64,000 bases of DNA from Vermamoeba vermiformis (lineage: Eukaryota). Of the stretch, positions 27,001-39,635 are shown in pieces. The notes below the pieces were generated by a model. It searched no databases. It saw only the letters and a list, made by a program, of their open reading frames with translations, and was not told the DNA's origin. How positions within the stretch are numbered: the stretch's first letter is position 1; the number at the start of each line of letters is the position of its first letter. A program made the translations under genes and the position numbers. The stretch is taken from contig JBEWZL010000260.1 in assembly GCA_045837725.1 (NCBI GenBank), positions 62,001 to 126,000 of the forward strand, given 5' to 3'.

Positions 27001-30000
27001 CTCTTGAGCAGACTTCAACTTGACGGTCAGCACTTCGTTTGCGTCTTGCAAAAGGTGAACTTGACCCTTCAAAGTCTCAAGCTCTTCTGTGGCTTGTTGA
27101 CCGTTACTTTGAGCTTGTTTCAGTTCGTTGACGGTAGATTCTAAGTCTCGTTTTAGTTTTTCATAATTAGCAGTGGTTGAATCAAGCGAGGATTTGAGTT
27201 GCTCGTTTGTGGACTTCAACTCTTGGATCGTATTACGAGTGCCTTCCAGCTCACTGTTAAGGTGTGTGACTTGACTCTGATTGGCTTCGAGTTGTTCAGA
27301 CAGCGATTGAACTTGTTGCGTTAAGGTCTCTTGTTTCGCTTGGTACTCGGCGATCTCCTGGGCATGCGTTTCGGTTGCGCTGCTTGCTGAGACTTGCAAG
27401 TCTTTGGTTTGAGCAAGTTCTTCTCGAACAGATTCAAGGTCTTTTTCCAGTGTGGTGATCTTCTCTTGTCCGAGTTGAAGCTCGTGAGAAGTTCGTTCTA
27501 ACTCTCCTTGATGAGTTGCAGTTAGCTCAGCAAGAGATTTCTCGTGGTCTTCTTTCGCCTTCTGCAAGTCTCTTCGAGCATTAGCTATATCCTGCTCGAG
27601 ACTGTCGATAGTCTTTTGCTTGGCATTGAGTTCTTCAACAGAGTTGACAAGCTGTTGTTCCAACTCGCCGGTTCTCTTTGCCGCCTCTTTGGTTGAAGCA
27701 AGCTCGGCCTTGATTTCTTCGAGCTCTTTGCTTAACTTCTCTATATGTGAGTCCTTTTCTGAGCTGTTGGCTTGAGTCATAACGGTCAATTTCTCCACTT
27801 CGCTATTCGCTTGCAAGAGCTCAGCTTCGAAGGCGTTGATTTGTTTCACGTGACTGTGCCAATTGTTCGTCAAGCTCTTTGACCCTCTTGGCTTCGTCAG
27901 AGAGCTTTTCAACTTGCTGTTGTAAAGAGGTAACATCTATCAAAGCAGCAGACTTTTCTTGTTGCAGAGTCTCGATTTGCACGGTCAACTCTTGTCGAGA
28001 TTGTTCAGTTAACTGCTTAGCCTGTGCCAGTTCATTCACAAGGTCTTCGACGCGAGATTGTGTTGCCTTCAAATCTGCTTCGAGTTGTATCTTCTCGTCT
28101 TGCAGTTTAGAAACAGCCTCGCTGCCTTGCATAGCTTCGTCTCGTTGTTTGGTAAGGGTCTCAATCTGAGCAGCAGTATCCTTTTGAAGCTTCAGGTCAA
28201 GCGAGTTACGCGAAGCTTCCAAGTCGTGTTTTAAATTTTCCACTTGCACCGTCATGTCAGCTTCAAGTTGAGATTTTTCATCTCGTCAACTTCTCAACAA
28301 CCGAAGTCTTTTCAGAGCTCAATTCTTCAATCGTTTGATTCAAGGATTCGATTTGGGACTTAAATCGATCTTCGTTGGATTGAAGGGACTCCTTCGTCGA
28401 ATTTAATTCCGTAGTAAGAGCGTCAATTTGTCCGCGTGCCAATTTCAAGTCAGACTCGAGCTGTATCTTGTCATTGGACAGTTTCTCGACGGCAGAGTCA
28501 GTTTCCGATGCTTGCTGCAGACTGTGCTGCAGTTCTTCAAGTTTCTCTTGTAACGAAGCTACTTGTTTGTCTTTCTCTTCCACCGATTGCAAGAGGTCGC
28601 GAGTCTTCTGTTGTTCTTGATCTCTGCTTTCAGTGAGCGAGGAGACTTCAGACTTGACGTTTTCAAGTTCTTTAAGTGATGAAGTGAGTTCCTCAATGGT
28701 CTTGTTCTTGTTTTGCAACTCTTGATCCTTCTCTGCAACTACAGCGGTCAAATTGGTTAACTCCTCGATCTTTTGATTCAATGACTCGATTTGAGACTTG
28801 AATTGATCTTCATTAGATTGAAGAGACTCTTTTGTGGAGTTCAGCTCGACGGTCAAAGCGTCGATTTGATTGCGTGCTGAGGCCAAGTCAGATTCAAGCT
28901 GGGTCTTTTCACTTGTCAGCTTCTCAACCACAGTGTTGGTCTCAGAAGTTTGCTGCAAGTTGTGCTGCATTTCTTCGACTTTCTGATTGAGCGATGCAAC
29001 CTGGGTCGTCAAGCTGGTGTTATCTTGTCGGACTTGCTTCAGCTCCTCTTCAGTGCTGCTCAATAACGCTTGGACAGATTCCAGCTGCTTCTCGACTTCC
29101 TGTTTTTCTTCAAGGACCGCATTTGCTTTGTCCTGAGTAGCTTCATAAATCTTCATCAGCTCATTCTTCTTTGCAAGCTCTTCGCTCAGGTTGGTTTTCT
29201 CCTTCGCCTCGGTTTCATCTTGAGACTTAAGCTCGTTGATACTGTTCTGGAGCTCGTGTTGTTGGGCTTCCATTTCATGAAGCTTCGTGCTGGCTGCGGC
29301 AAGGTCAGTTTGCGTGTTTGATTTCTCCTCTGCTAGCGATTTGGTTTCAGCCTCGTACTTCGCGACTAATGTATTAAGTTCATCATTCTTTACGTCGAGT
29401 TGTTTCTTCACGTTATCGTGATCGCGTTCGAGATTGGCCAAGGACTCTTTTGTCGAAGAGAGTTCGTTAACTACTGAATTCTTTTCTTCTTCAAGCCTGG
29501 CATTGTCGGAAGATTTAGCTGATAAATCTGTTTCGAGAGCAGCGATCTTGTCCGTCAGAGCCGAGTTGTTAGCTCGAACTTCTTCAAGTTCTTTGGTTAG
29601 CGCTATCAACGCGGGTATTTTCGTTGCTCTGATTCTCAGTCAAAGCACGAATTTTCTCGGCAGACTCTTCAGTGACTTGTTGAATCTTCGTCTCTAGCTC
29701 TGAAACAGTTTTTTGACTGACAGAAAGGTCTGATTGCAGCTGTTCAATGGTGGACGCCTTTTCAGCCAGCTCTTCAGTTGCCTTATTCAAGTTCGCTAAG
29801 GTTGAATTATACAAAGTCTCTGAACGCTGTAGTTTGTCTCGTTCAGCCATCAGCACCTTTTGAACGTCCTCGTAGTTTTGTTCAGCAGTCTTCCAAAGGT
29901 TTGTCATTTCCTTTTTGACTTGTTGTTCGCTCTCGTTGAAGTCGCGTAGCTGTTTATTCTCTTTCTCTAAGGCGTCGATTCGCTGTTGGTGTTCGAGTTT

Positions 30001-32448
30001 AAGTTGCTTTTCGCTTTGCTCTTTTTCGTTTTTCAGCGTTTCTAACTGAGCTTTGACGTCGCTCAATTCATTATTAAGTTGTTTGATGGTCTCTTCTTTC
30101 TCAAGGGCTGATTTTTGAGTGTCCGAACTATTGCTCGACAGAGTATTAACTTGAGCAGTCAGCGTTTCAACTTGTTGTTTGGTAGATTGCAGCGCTGCTT
30201 CAAGCTCTGCTTTTTCTTTCAAAGCAGTTTCCAAATCAGACTGTGTCTTTTTCGAACTCGTGCCTTGTGAGCGCATCGAGTCTTCCAAATGAGTGTGCTG
30301 CTGTTTTAACGACAAATATTCGTTTTCAAGTTCTTTGTATTTAGCTTGAAGATCTTCGTTATCTTTTTCTATTTGAGCCCACTTGGCTTTTTCTCTAAAG
30401 TTAACTCGAATGGTTAGTCAACTGATTGTAAGTAATAATAACAATAACAAACCTTTCGAGCTGCAGTTTGACTTGCGTTTGCTTATTCACAATCGTTTGT
30501 AAGCTTTCTGTTTTTGTTAGCAAATCAGTCTTCTCTTCGTTGATCTAAATGCGATATCAGTATCCGTTGTACAGAACAATTGTCGTTCGTTATAACTTAC
30601 TCGTTGAATTTCAGTCAAAAATTTTTGCGACATTCGATTTTCTAACGAATCACGATCGAGAATGGCTTCGTCTTTTTGCTTCAAAAGCTTTTCATATTGT
30701 TCAAGCAAGTCTTGGTACTCTCCTTCGCGAGATTTCAATGTGCTCTCAATTGACTTGTACTTCTCGCTTAAATCTTCTTTTTCTTTTCGAAGATTCAGCA
30801 AATCCTTTTCGTTTTGTTCGGCTTGTAATCTATATTCTTCGGTTTCTTGTCGACTTTCCGAGTCATAGCTCTTCAACTTCTCTTGAAGTGCTTCAAACTC
30901 AGCCTTTTGTTGCTGAAACATATTCTTTGCTGCATCTAATTGACCTTCTAGGATATTTTTAGCGGTCGATAGTGATCGTACTTGATGTTCGAGCTCTTGA
31001 ATTCGTTCGCTATTCAACTCGGTGTTTTGAACGGCTTGTGTTTCAAGTTCGCTTTTCTTAGACAACTGTTGTATTAACAAAAGTATTAGTAACCCGGTGT
31101 TAAACCAACTTATTGTGCGTTCAGTTCAAGTTTGAATATCTTGTCAACTTACCGATGCAAACCTCAACAAGATCGGAGTAAATTCACCGTAGTCGAGTTT
31201 ATCATCAGGAGTCTTGTCATATTCGAGCAAAAGAGCCTCTAAATCTTCGTCTTCAATCCTCATGCCTTGTTCTAGCAAAGTTGCTTTCATGTCATCGTAT
31301 GTAATCAGTCCGTCCTCATCACTGTCGAACATTTTGATCAAAGAGCTGATTTCATCTATCCTCTGTGCCGAAGGGCTCGATGGTTTGTTGCCCAGCGAAT
31401 CACTTCGGTCACGTGATGTGTACAATCGTGCAGTCAATGGAGAGTTTTCTAACACACTCAAATCCATCTTTTGAATCACGTCGATATTGAGTTTTGACTT
31501 AAGAGCGCCGTCCAAGCTCAATCTGTTCCTCAGACGATTGCTTCCACCTTCGGGACTAGAGCTGTAAATAGATTCTCGTTGCTGCTTTAACGCGCTGAAA
31601 TCAGGCTTATAATTGTCTTGATCAGGTGATGTCAATGGTGGCATTCCCGCGTCTCCTTTCATGGGCGTATTGTGTATATTAGAGTTATTCAGTAACCTCG
31701 GCTAAATCACAAATTAGAATTGTACAATACGAACTAGATCCGCTCAAACTTACCGATATAAGCGAGTATAGGGGTGATTCGCTTTGTCTCGGAGGCAAAT
31801 TGAGTGCGAGCGGAGAGCGTGGTGAGAGCGGTGTGGGTGAAGCTGAGACACGTGTCTCTTCTTGCTGGGCATTGATAAATTGGACCATCATATTAACAAA
31901 TTGATCAAACGTAATAAGGCCTAAATGAATAATATTAATCGTAAAGCATAGTTTCTTTACTAAGGCATACCATCATTATCGGGTTGCAGGGCGTTGAAAG
32001 CTTGATCTCGCTGCTCATCGCTTTCAAAAGGGAAAATAGAGCCAAATTGTATATTATTGATTCTTCCTGACTTAGTTTCGTCGATAGCATCGAACTGATC
32101 TCGCAGTTGTTTGACAAGCTCGACTGGGATCTACAGCAGTTATTTAGAATTTTTGTTTAGCTACCAAAGTGTTTTATAATATCATATATATGTGTTAGGA
32201 GCGATTTTGGTTATTTTGATAAACAATACTGATTTTTAAAATATTTGAAAAATTATGTTTTGCCTCATCTTGTCCGTAAGAATTATTTTGTAGCATTTTT
32301 TGTGTCATAGTATACGTGATAATATATTTAAATATTTACTTACAGATGAAGAACCAGCATTGAGATCCCCAAAGGACTTGCTTCGTCCGAGAACTGGTTT
32401 TTCGTTACGCAGCTCCTCGCTTTCGCGAAGGCTATTGGATTCGCTCAT
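24004..32448 (-). CDS. Giant (about 2,600 aa) coiled-coil protein with N-terminal EF-hands, C-terminal transmembrane helix and short tail ending RPT (KASH/interaptin-like)
   Basis: EF-hands FDSDEDGLITYDDM and YDKTPDDKLDYGEF. More than 2,000 aa of heptad E/K/Q/L-rich sequence. TM GMTIGLAVLVVLVLALKSL, then MVEEEIILRPT-stop. Three single-base frame breaks. Confidence 0.8.
28318..28980 (-). repeat. Internal duplicated segment (about 70 aa) within the coiled-coil gene
   Basis: EEMQHNLQQTSETNTVVEKL..NSTKESLQSNEDQFKSQIESLNQKIEEL recurs as EELQHSLQQASETDSAVEKL..NSTKESLQSNEDRFKSQIESLNQTIEEL. Confidence 0.85.
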
Positions 32449-32628
32449 ATTTAAATAAGTAACAGCTTCACGCTAGTATTGCCACATCCATGTAAACTAG
32501 AACAAATGTTTTTGAAAGCGCGCGAAAATCTTTATGCCGATCCTGATCTTTTTTTGGCAAGAATTTGATTCTTACGTAATGCCCAATATAATAAATATTA
32601 AATTGTTATATGTGGCGATTTACAAGTT

Positions 32629-33929
32629 TTACAAGGCAAATAAGCCGAATGTTACGGGGGAGCTGATCTTCGTAACAAAGTTCATATTATTGTTTTGAAG
32701 GTTATTAGAATAGATTATTGATCCTTCCAAGCACAGAGGGTCGGTGCAGCAAGTCACTAAATATACTCCTTGCGTCATGGTTCCACGAGCAGATCCGCAG
32801 TACGCGTAGTTTTTAGCTGTCAGCGGAGTTCCAATATAGGTCGTATTGCGAGTACCGTAGTTGTAGGTAACGAGTTGCGTCCAGCCAGGTGGAGAATTAG
32901 TCAAGACTCCCGTGAGCAGGCCCGAGTTTGAATTGGCCCTTAAAAAGTGGGTTAGCATTCGTCGGGAACAAAGTGTAGCTAGTTATTCATATAATAAGAG
33001 CAGGTATATATTACTATGTTATAGAGTTCCATATAGATTGACTTTATACAGTCTTAAGACTTACGCAATAGCCGCGAGTCCATTGGGTGCCTCGTAGGTA
33101 TTCCACGTGTTAGAAGCAACGCTGTACACGAGGAAGTGGCTGCGAGCATTATCAAGTGAGGTAAATAAGCCGACGTAGGTGTTGGTGTTAGTGAAGAAGC
33201 TTGAGGACACAAAGTAGGTGTTGGATTTGTATGCCAAGACGCTTAATTGTGTCAAAGCACCACTATCCATGCTGACCGAAAATACAAACACCGAACCCGA
33301 CAATGAAGGGCTAAACAGTGATCATTAATGACACGATTTAAAAAGAGATCGATCCAGATTTGGACTTACTTTGAGTCTTGAACAATAGCAAGCAAATCGC
33401 CGTTGTTGTCGACAAAAACATCATTATATTCGAGGGATGACAACGGCAGCTTTTGCAAAGTAAGTGAGCTGTTAGCTCCAGTTAGAAGATCCAACATCAG
33501 AACCTCGTAGTTGGCAGCTAAAACGATAATCGTCATTAGAAGTGCCTAATTATATGATGATTATGCGTACCTTTTATGTCTTTCATGAGAAGATACATGA
33601 GACCAGAATTTTTGTCCACAGCCGAAGCCTTCAGCGATAATGTAGGGAAATTGTATGACGCAAGCAACGACACGGTTCCAAAGTTAAAATTATACTGCAA
33701 AATAAGAATATATCATTACCAATAATAATAAAAATAAAATAATACTAAAAAATTAGGTATAAATGCTTGTTAAATAAAGTGTATATTTTATATAAGGCAT
33801 AATTTTGCTAGTGCGTACCGTATAAATGCTAGTGTCATTAGTGCTGGTTGTTATCCATGATATTCCGTTCGATCGAGCATGGGTAACAAAAACAAAGATA
33901 CAGAAGGCCAAGAGGTAAAATCGAGCCAT
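32629..33929 (-). CDS. Secreted beta-rich (possibly beta-propeller) protein
   Basis: Signal peptide MARFYLLAFCIFVFVTHA at 33929. Ser/Thr/Asn/aromatic-rich strand-like exons joined by short introns. Confidence 0.6.
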
Positions 33930-34078
33930 ACTCTATTTTGGTGCTTATGTTGCCTTCATAACCGTTCAAAAATACAACGCGCAACTGGGCGTAACGGGTC
34001 TGTTGAAAATTTGACTGACTTTTCTGTGTTTTGTTTGAGACCGGCAGAGCGTTCATTCTGCTATTATTACGATTAGAG

Positions 34079-37000
34079 ATGAGCGACAGGAAAGCCCAGC
34101 CACAACAAAACAGCCCGAGCAATAATATTCGCGTTGTTCCTGTGACATCTCCTGTTCAAGGTGCAGCTTTCTATCCTCAACCTGTAATATTACAACCAGG
34201 AGCTCAATATTATCCTGGTCAAGTTATACAAGCACCGTACCAAATCTTGCAGGTAAAATAAAATTAGACGCGATTTAGTAGCAAATTACTTTTTGATCTT
34301 GCAGTTTATTTAAATAAACTAAATAATATTGTTAATCAGGCTCAAATACCTAAAACACATTCATTTAATCTACGGAACTAGATGATACTTTTCTTACGAG
34401 AGCCATAAATATTTTAATTTGAAAGAAGCTTCCGGATCGTCTGACTTTTTTCTATTTATAGCCGCTGCAACCTATCAACCCACAATTTGTTCAACCCTTA
34501 CAGCCCATGATGCAACAGCGAGCAGTTCAGGTGGCACCTGCAACGCAGATGGTGCAACCTTTGCCGACATTAAATGCAGCACACCCCGTTAAAGACGCAC
34601 AAAACATCAAAAAAGAAAATGCAGACGATATATTCTACTTTTATTTGAATGAGAAGAAGATTACGCTCGATTCTGTTGATCCAACAATGACTCTCAACGA
34701 TTTTATCAGAGGACAACGTATGTATTCAATTTGACGTATAGTGTGCATATTGATATTTTATATTTATGTTGATTTGCATAGCGGGCCTTAAAGGAACGAA
34801 AAAGAGTTGCGGTGAAGGTGGATGTGGTGCGTGCACAGTTGGTCTTCAATACTACGATATTACAAAGAAAACTGACGTGTAAGGACTACTAGCGCTCTAT
34901 TATAACAACATATTCTTATAACGTTCATATTACAGCACTGTGTCGGTCAATTCTTGCCTAAAACCTTTGGCCAGCGTCAATGGCAAGCACGTTATTACGA
35001 TTGAGGGCATCGGTGGAAAAAGAAAGGGCTATCACCCTATTCAAGAACGATTGGCTGAATGTGATGGCACTCAATGCGGCTTTTGCTCTCCTGGTACTTG
35101 AATGGTCCAGATCCGGATCTGATCGAATCTAACGCTTTTACTAGGTTTTGTCATGAACATGTACAGCTACCTCGATAACAATTCCAATCCGACGCAAAAA
35201 GAAATTGAACATTTATTCGATGGAAATATTTGCCGTTGCACTGGTTACAGACCTATTTTCGATGCGATGAAAACTGTAAGATCGAGACTTGGATCTAACT
35301 CTGACTAACAAATTTATTACAGTTCGCAAAGGATGGTGCTACTAACACGTGCACCACGTCTATTTGCAACTGGAAGAAGGATATGGAGGATATTGAAGAC
35401 TTGACCAACAAGAAGTTCGAGCCTTATCAACACAAATCCAAGCGTGTTGCTGGACGTTCCTCTGGTGTTATTCAGCCACCAAAGGCCTTGCAATCAGCAG
35501 GTGCTACTTGGTACTCACCTCAGACTCTAAACGAGGCTTTTGCCATCATCGTAAGTCACGTGTCAACAAGGTTAAAAATTTTGCTAACACCCGATTGGTA
35601 GAACAACAACACTTGGACTCAAACGAAACTGGTCGTTGGCAACACTAGCCTTGGTATTTATAAGCACGATGACGAGCAGACTAAAGTCTTTGTGGATCTG
35701 CAGTACGTTCCTGCGCTGAAGGCTGCTTCAATTTCCAGCGACTATGGTCTTATCATTGGTACGTACAGGAGGGTTCCCAAGCATGTGCTTCGTAGTAAAT
35801 TCTAATGGTTGCTGTAGGCGCCTCTGTTACAATCACCGATTTGATTGACATTTTGAAAACTACCATGAACAACCCCAACATTCCAGTAAGTAACACTAGC
35901 ACGTGCTTGAGGACAAGACTAACACGTGAAAATAGAAATACAAGACAGCGACTTTCCCTGTGCTCATCAAGCACTTGTATCGTATTGCAAACACGATGGT
36001 GCGCAACGCTGGCAGTGTTATGGGCAACTTGATGCTCGTGCACAAGCACAACTTTTTGTCCGATTTGTTCACCATTATGATGGGAGCTGTAAGTACCTGA
36101 TCAATACAAATGACTCATTTCCTCGTGGGCTTATCGTGAGTATTTTAGGGTGCTTCAATTACCATCGCCACAAGTCCTGACGCTCAAAGCGCCGTTGATT
36201 TGGGCACCTTCTTGAACACTTCCATGCAAAAGAAGATCGCAGTCTCGTTGAACATTCCATTCGCTACTCAGACGCAAGTGCTCAAGACTTACAAAGTTGC
36301 TATTCGACACGTCAATGCCCACGCTCTTGTCAACGCCGCTATTAGTGTTACATTGAACGGCACGATTATTTCAACAGCAACTGTCGTCTATGGTGGCATC
36401 AGCAATCATGCTACCAGAATGACCGCCACCGAGACTTTCTTAGTTGGCAAAGATATCACGTCATCGAGTGTGTTCCAGTCTGCGCTCAAAGTGCTTCAAA
36501 CTGAGATCCAGCAGAACATTGTCAGCGATGAGCGCACAGCTTACCGTACTTCTGTAGCCATGGCTTTCTTCTACAAGTTTTTCTTGGCTCAACAACCTAA
36601 CTTGCCCTCGTACTTGCAATCAGCCGCTCAAGACTACGAGCGACCTGTCACTGGCGGTGCACGCTCATTCCAGACCTCGCCGTAAGTGGTGTGACTATGG
36701 CGTTATTGTCTTACTTACGTTCTTTAAAGTGGCGAGTATCCTGTCAGTTTGCCCATCACCAAGCTGCAAGCCAAAGAACAGACCTCGGGTGAAGTGCAAT
36801 ATACTGACGATATTCCGCCCATGCAAGGCACGTTGTACGGCGCTTATGTGTTAGCTGAACAAGCCAATGCCGAGATCGTGTCGATTGATGCCTCAGCTGC
36901 TATGGCTCTCTCGGGTGTTGTCGGCATTGTTGATGCGAGTGATATCACTGGCGTCAACTCAGGACTTCAAGCACCTGTTTTTGCTGAGGGCACAACGCTC

Positions 37001-39354
37001 TATCACGGTCAGCCTGTTGCTTTGATTGTTGCTAATGACCAAAGATTGGCCTACAAAGCTGCTAAGCTCGTCAAAGTCAACTACGGTAGCCAAGGACCAA
37101 TTGTTCTCACACTCGAGGTACGTGCATTCCATAAGTTGCTCAGTCGTAGCATACATTAACGAGGTGGTTAGGACGCTGTTAAACAGAAGTCTTTCTATGA
37201 TATTCCTCCCTCGTCTTATGGCTCGCCAATGGCAGCTGGTAACGGAGATGATCCTAACATCTGGAAGGAGTGCGATATCGTTATTGAGGGCTCGGTCAAG
37301 TGTGGCAGTCAGTATCACTTCCACATGGAAAACCAAACGGCTTACGCCGTGCCCCTTGACGACGACAAGATGAAGATCTACGCAGCCAATCAAATGCCTG
37401 CTAATCTTCAGTCGCAAATCGCCGAGGTTCTTGATTGCAGCTCGAATTGTCTCGAAGTTGAAGTCAAGCGCTGCGGCGGTGGCTATGGTGGCAAGTTGGA
37501 GAACTCAATTGTCGTTGCTGCTGCTACTGCTTTGGCAGCACGCAAGTTCAACGCACCAGTGCGCGTTGTGTTGACTTTGAACGACAACATGAAAGCTTTG
37601 GGCAAGCGTCACCCGTCACTTGCTAACTACAAGTTGGGCATTAAGAAGAACGGCAAGCTGGTTGCACTTAAGGCTGATGTCTTTGTCGACGGTGGCGCCA
37701 CATCTTACGCAACTGATGGTGAGGCCGGCACGCTCTTGCAGAACTTTGACAATGCCTACTATTGCCCTAATTACTATGTATCTGCTACTCTGTGCAAGAC
37801 CAACACACCTTCTAACACTTGGACACGTGGCCCTGGTTGGATTCCTGCCGTGTACTTGATGGAGCACATCATGGAGCACGCTGCTGGGCAAGTTGGATTC
37901 GCTGCTGAAGACTTCAAGCGCATGAACTTCTACGTCAAGAACCAAAAGACTCCTCCTGGTCAAAAGCTCGCCTATTGGAACTTGGACACCATTTGGGACC
38001 AATTGGTGCAAACTGCTGATTTGAGCAAACTTAAGCAACAAGTCGCTGACTACAATAAGACCAATTACTGGACCAAGAAGGGAATCTCAGTTGTGCCTGT
38101 CAAATTTGGCGTTGGCTGGGGAGGTCCTCAGCACGGTGCTAAGATTGACATTTACACTGACGGCAGTATCTCTGTGTCGCATACTGGTGTCGAAATCGGC
38201 CAAGGACTCAACACGAAGGTCGCTCAAGTTGTTGCTTATCAATTAGGAGTGCCCATGGACTTGATCAAAATTGAACCTACGACCTCACTTGCGATTCCCA
38301 ACGGCTCAGCTACAGGCGGTTCAGTAACTTCAGCTCTTGTGTCTCGCGTAAGTAACCGACGCTGACCACATATAATTTATATAGTCAATTAATATCGTTT
38401 AATAGGCTGCTATCAAGGCTTGTGAAATGTTGAACTCGCGATTGAACCCGATCCGCTCTTCGATGGAGCAGCCGACTTGGAAAGAGGTAAATCAAAACGG
38501 CCATAGTATAATATGATACTAATGTACAATATCTGTAGTTGATTAATCAAGCGTACAACGGTGGCGTCAATTTATCTGCTCAGTCATTGGCTGACGCACC
38601 TGCTCCTACTCTCGGCCCAAACAACTACAACTCTTATTCTGCTGCTATTTGCTTAGTGCACGTCGACATCTTGACGGGCGAAATTCAAATCGAACGCAGC
38701 GACATCTTGTTCGATTGTGGCGTTAGCATGAACCCTGCCGTGGACATTGGTCAAGTTGAAGGCGCGTACATGATGGGCTTGAGCTATTATTTATCCGAAG
38801 AGATTTCTTATAGACCCGACGGCGCTTTAATTAATGATGGCACCTGGGAGGTACGTACATCGCACTTTTAGGCGAGATCTCGCTTCGCAAATTTGGCGAT
38901 CCGCAAAATTTTTGCAAATCTTGCACGCATTTTTGTTTTAATTCCACGTAATTTACAAGTTTACCTTATTTTATCAGTTTTCTAAAATATTTGTGCAATA
39001 TCTAATGGATATTGATTGGGTTTATTACTTTAACGTTTCAACGCGTTTACGTAAATTAAGTGATTCTTTTTACTATAGTACAAGCCATTTAGCGCTATGG
39101 ACATACCCATTGATCTCAACGTCTGCTTGCTAAAGAACTCGCCAAATCCGGTTGGTGTTCTGAGCTCGAAGGCTGTTGGTGAACCTCCTTTAGCTCTTGG
39201 ATGCGCTGGTTTATTTGCAGCGGAGCAAGCTATTAATAATGCTCGCAAGCAATTGGGTAATGGTAATAATTATCAATTATTGGCTGCTCCTGCAACAGTA
39301 GATGTGATACAGCAGTCCGTTGGATTTACTCCGAGCATGTTTATCCTCAAGTAA
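34079..39354 (+). CDS. Molybdo-flavoenzyme, aldehyde oxidase/xanthine dehydrogenase family
   Basis: 2Fe-2S motifs [39 protein letters not shown] domain [11 protein letters not shown]. Moco motifs [41 protein letters not shown]. Confidence 0.95.
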
Positions 39355-39635
39355 TATATAAATATGCGCACTAATGTGCAGTTAATATAATCGTACTGTC
39401 GATTGATGTGTACATCCGGATAACGGCCGTTGTGCTTGCCGATCTGAATCAAGACTGGAGAGTTGAACTCACGTAAGCGTTGCAATGTTGTAATCGATAT
39501 CAATAATTAATTATTCTATTCGCATGTACTTCAGAGGACACAAAGTCCTGTCAATTTTTGGGGCATTGCTTAATTTAGAATTGGCCGAGTTTCGAACTTA
39601 TTATCTGAGTTTATCCGAACTGAGCACCATACAAC

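Noticed and set aside
24008-30962. Many plus-strand Ser/Phe/Cys-rich ORFs
   Set aside because: Antisense shadows of the coiled-coil gene. The same applies to antisense ORFs over RPC1 and the oxidase.
35805-36180. Apparent frameshift in the oxidase FAD domain
   Set aside because: A gtaagt..tag intron at about 35887-35935 restores the frame.
38870-38930. Run of short palindromes in an oxidase intron
   Set aside because: Short agatct/aattt-type palindromes are common in introns across the window, and no larger structure was seen.
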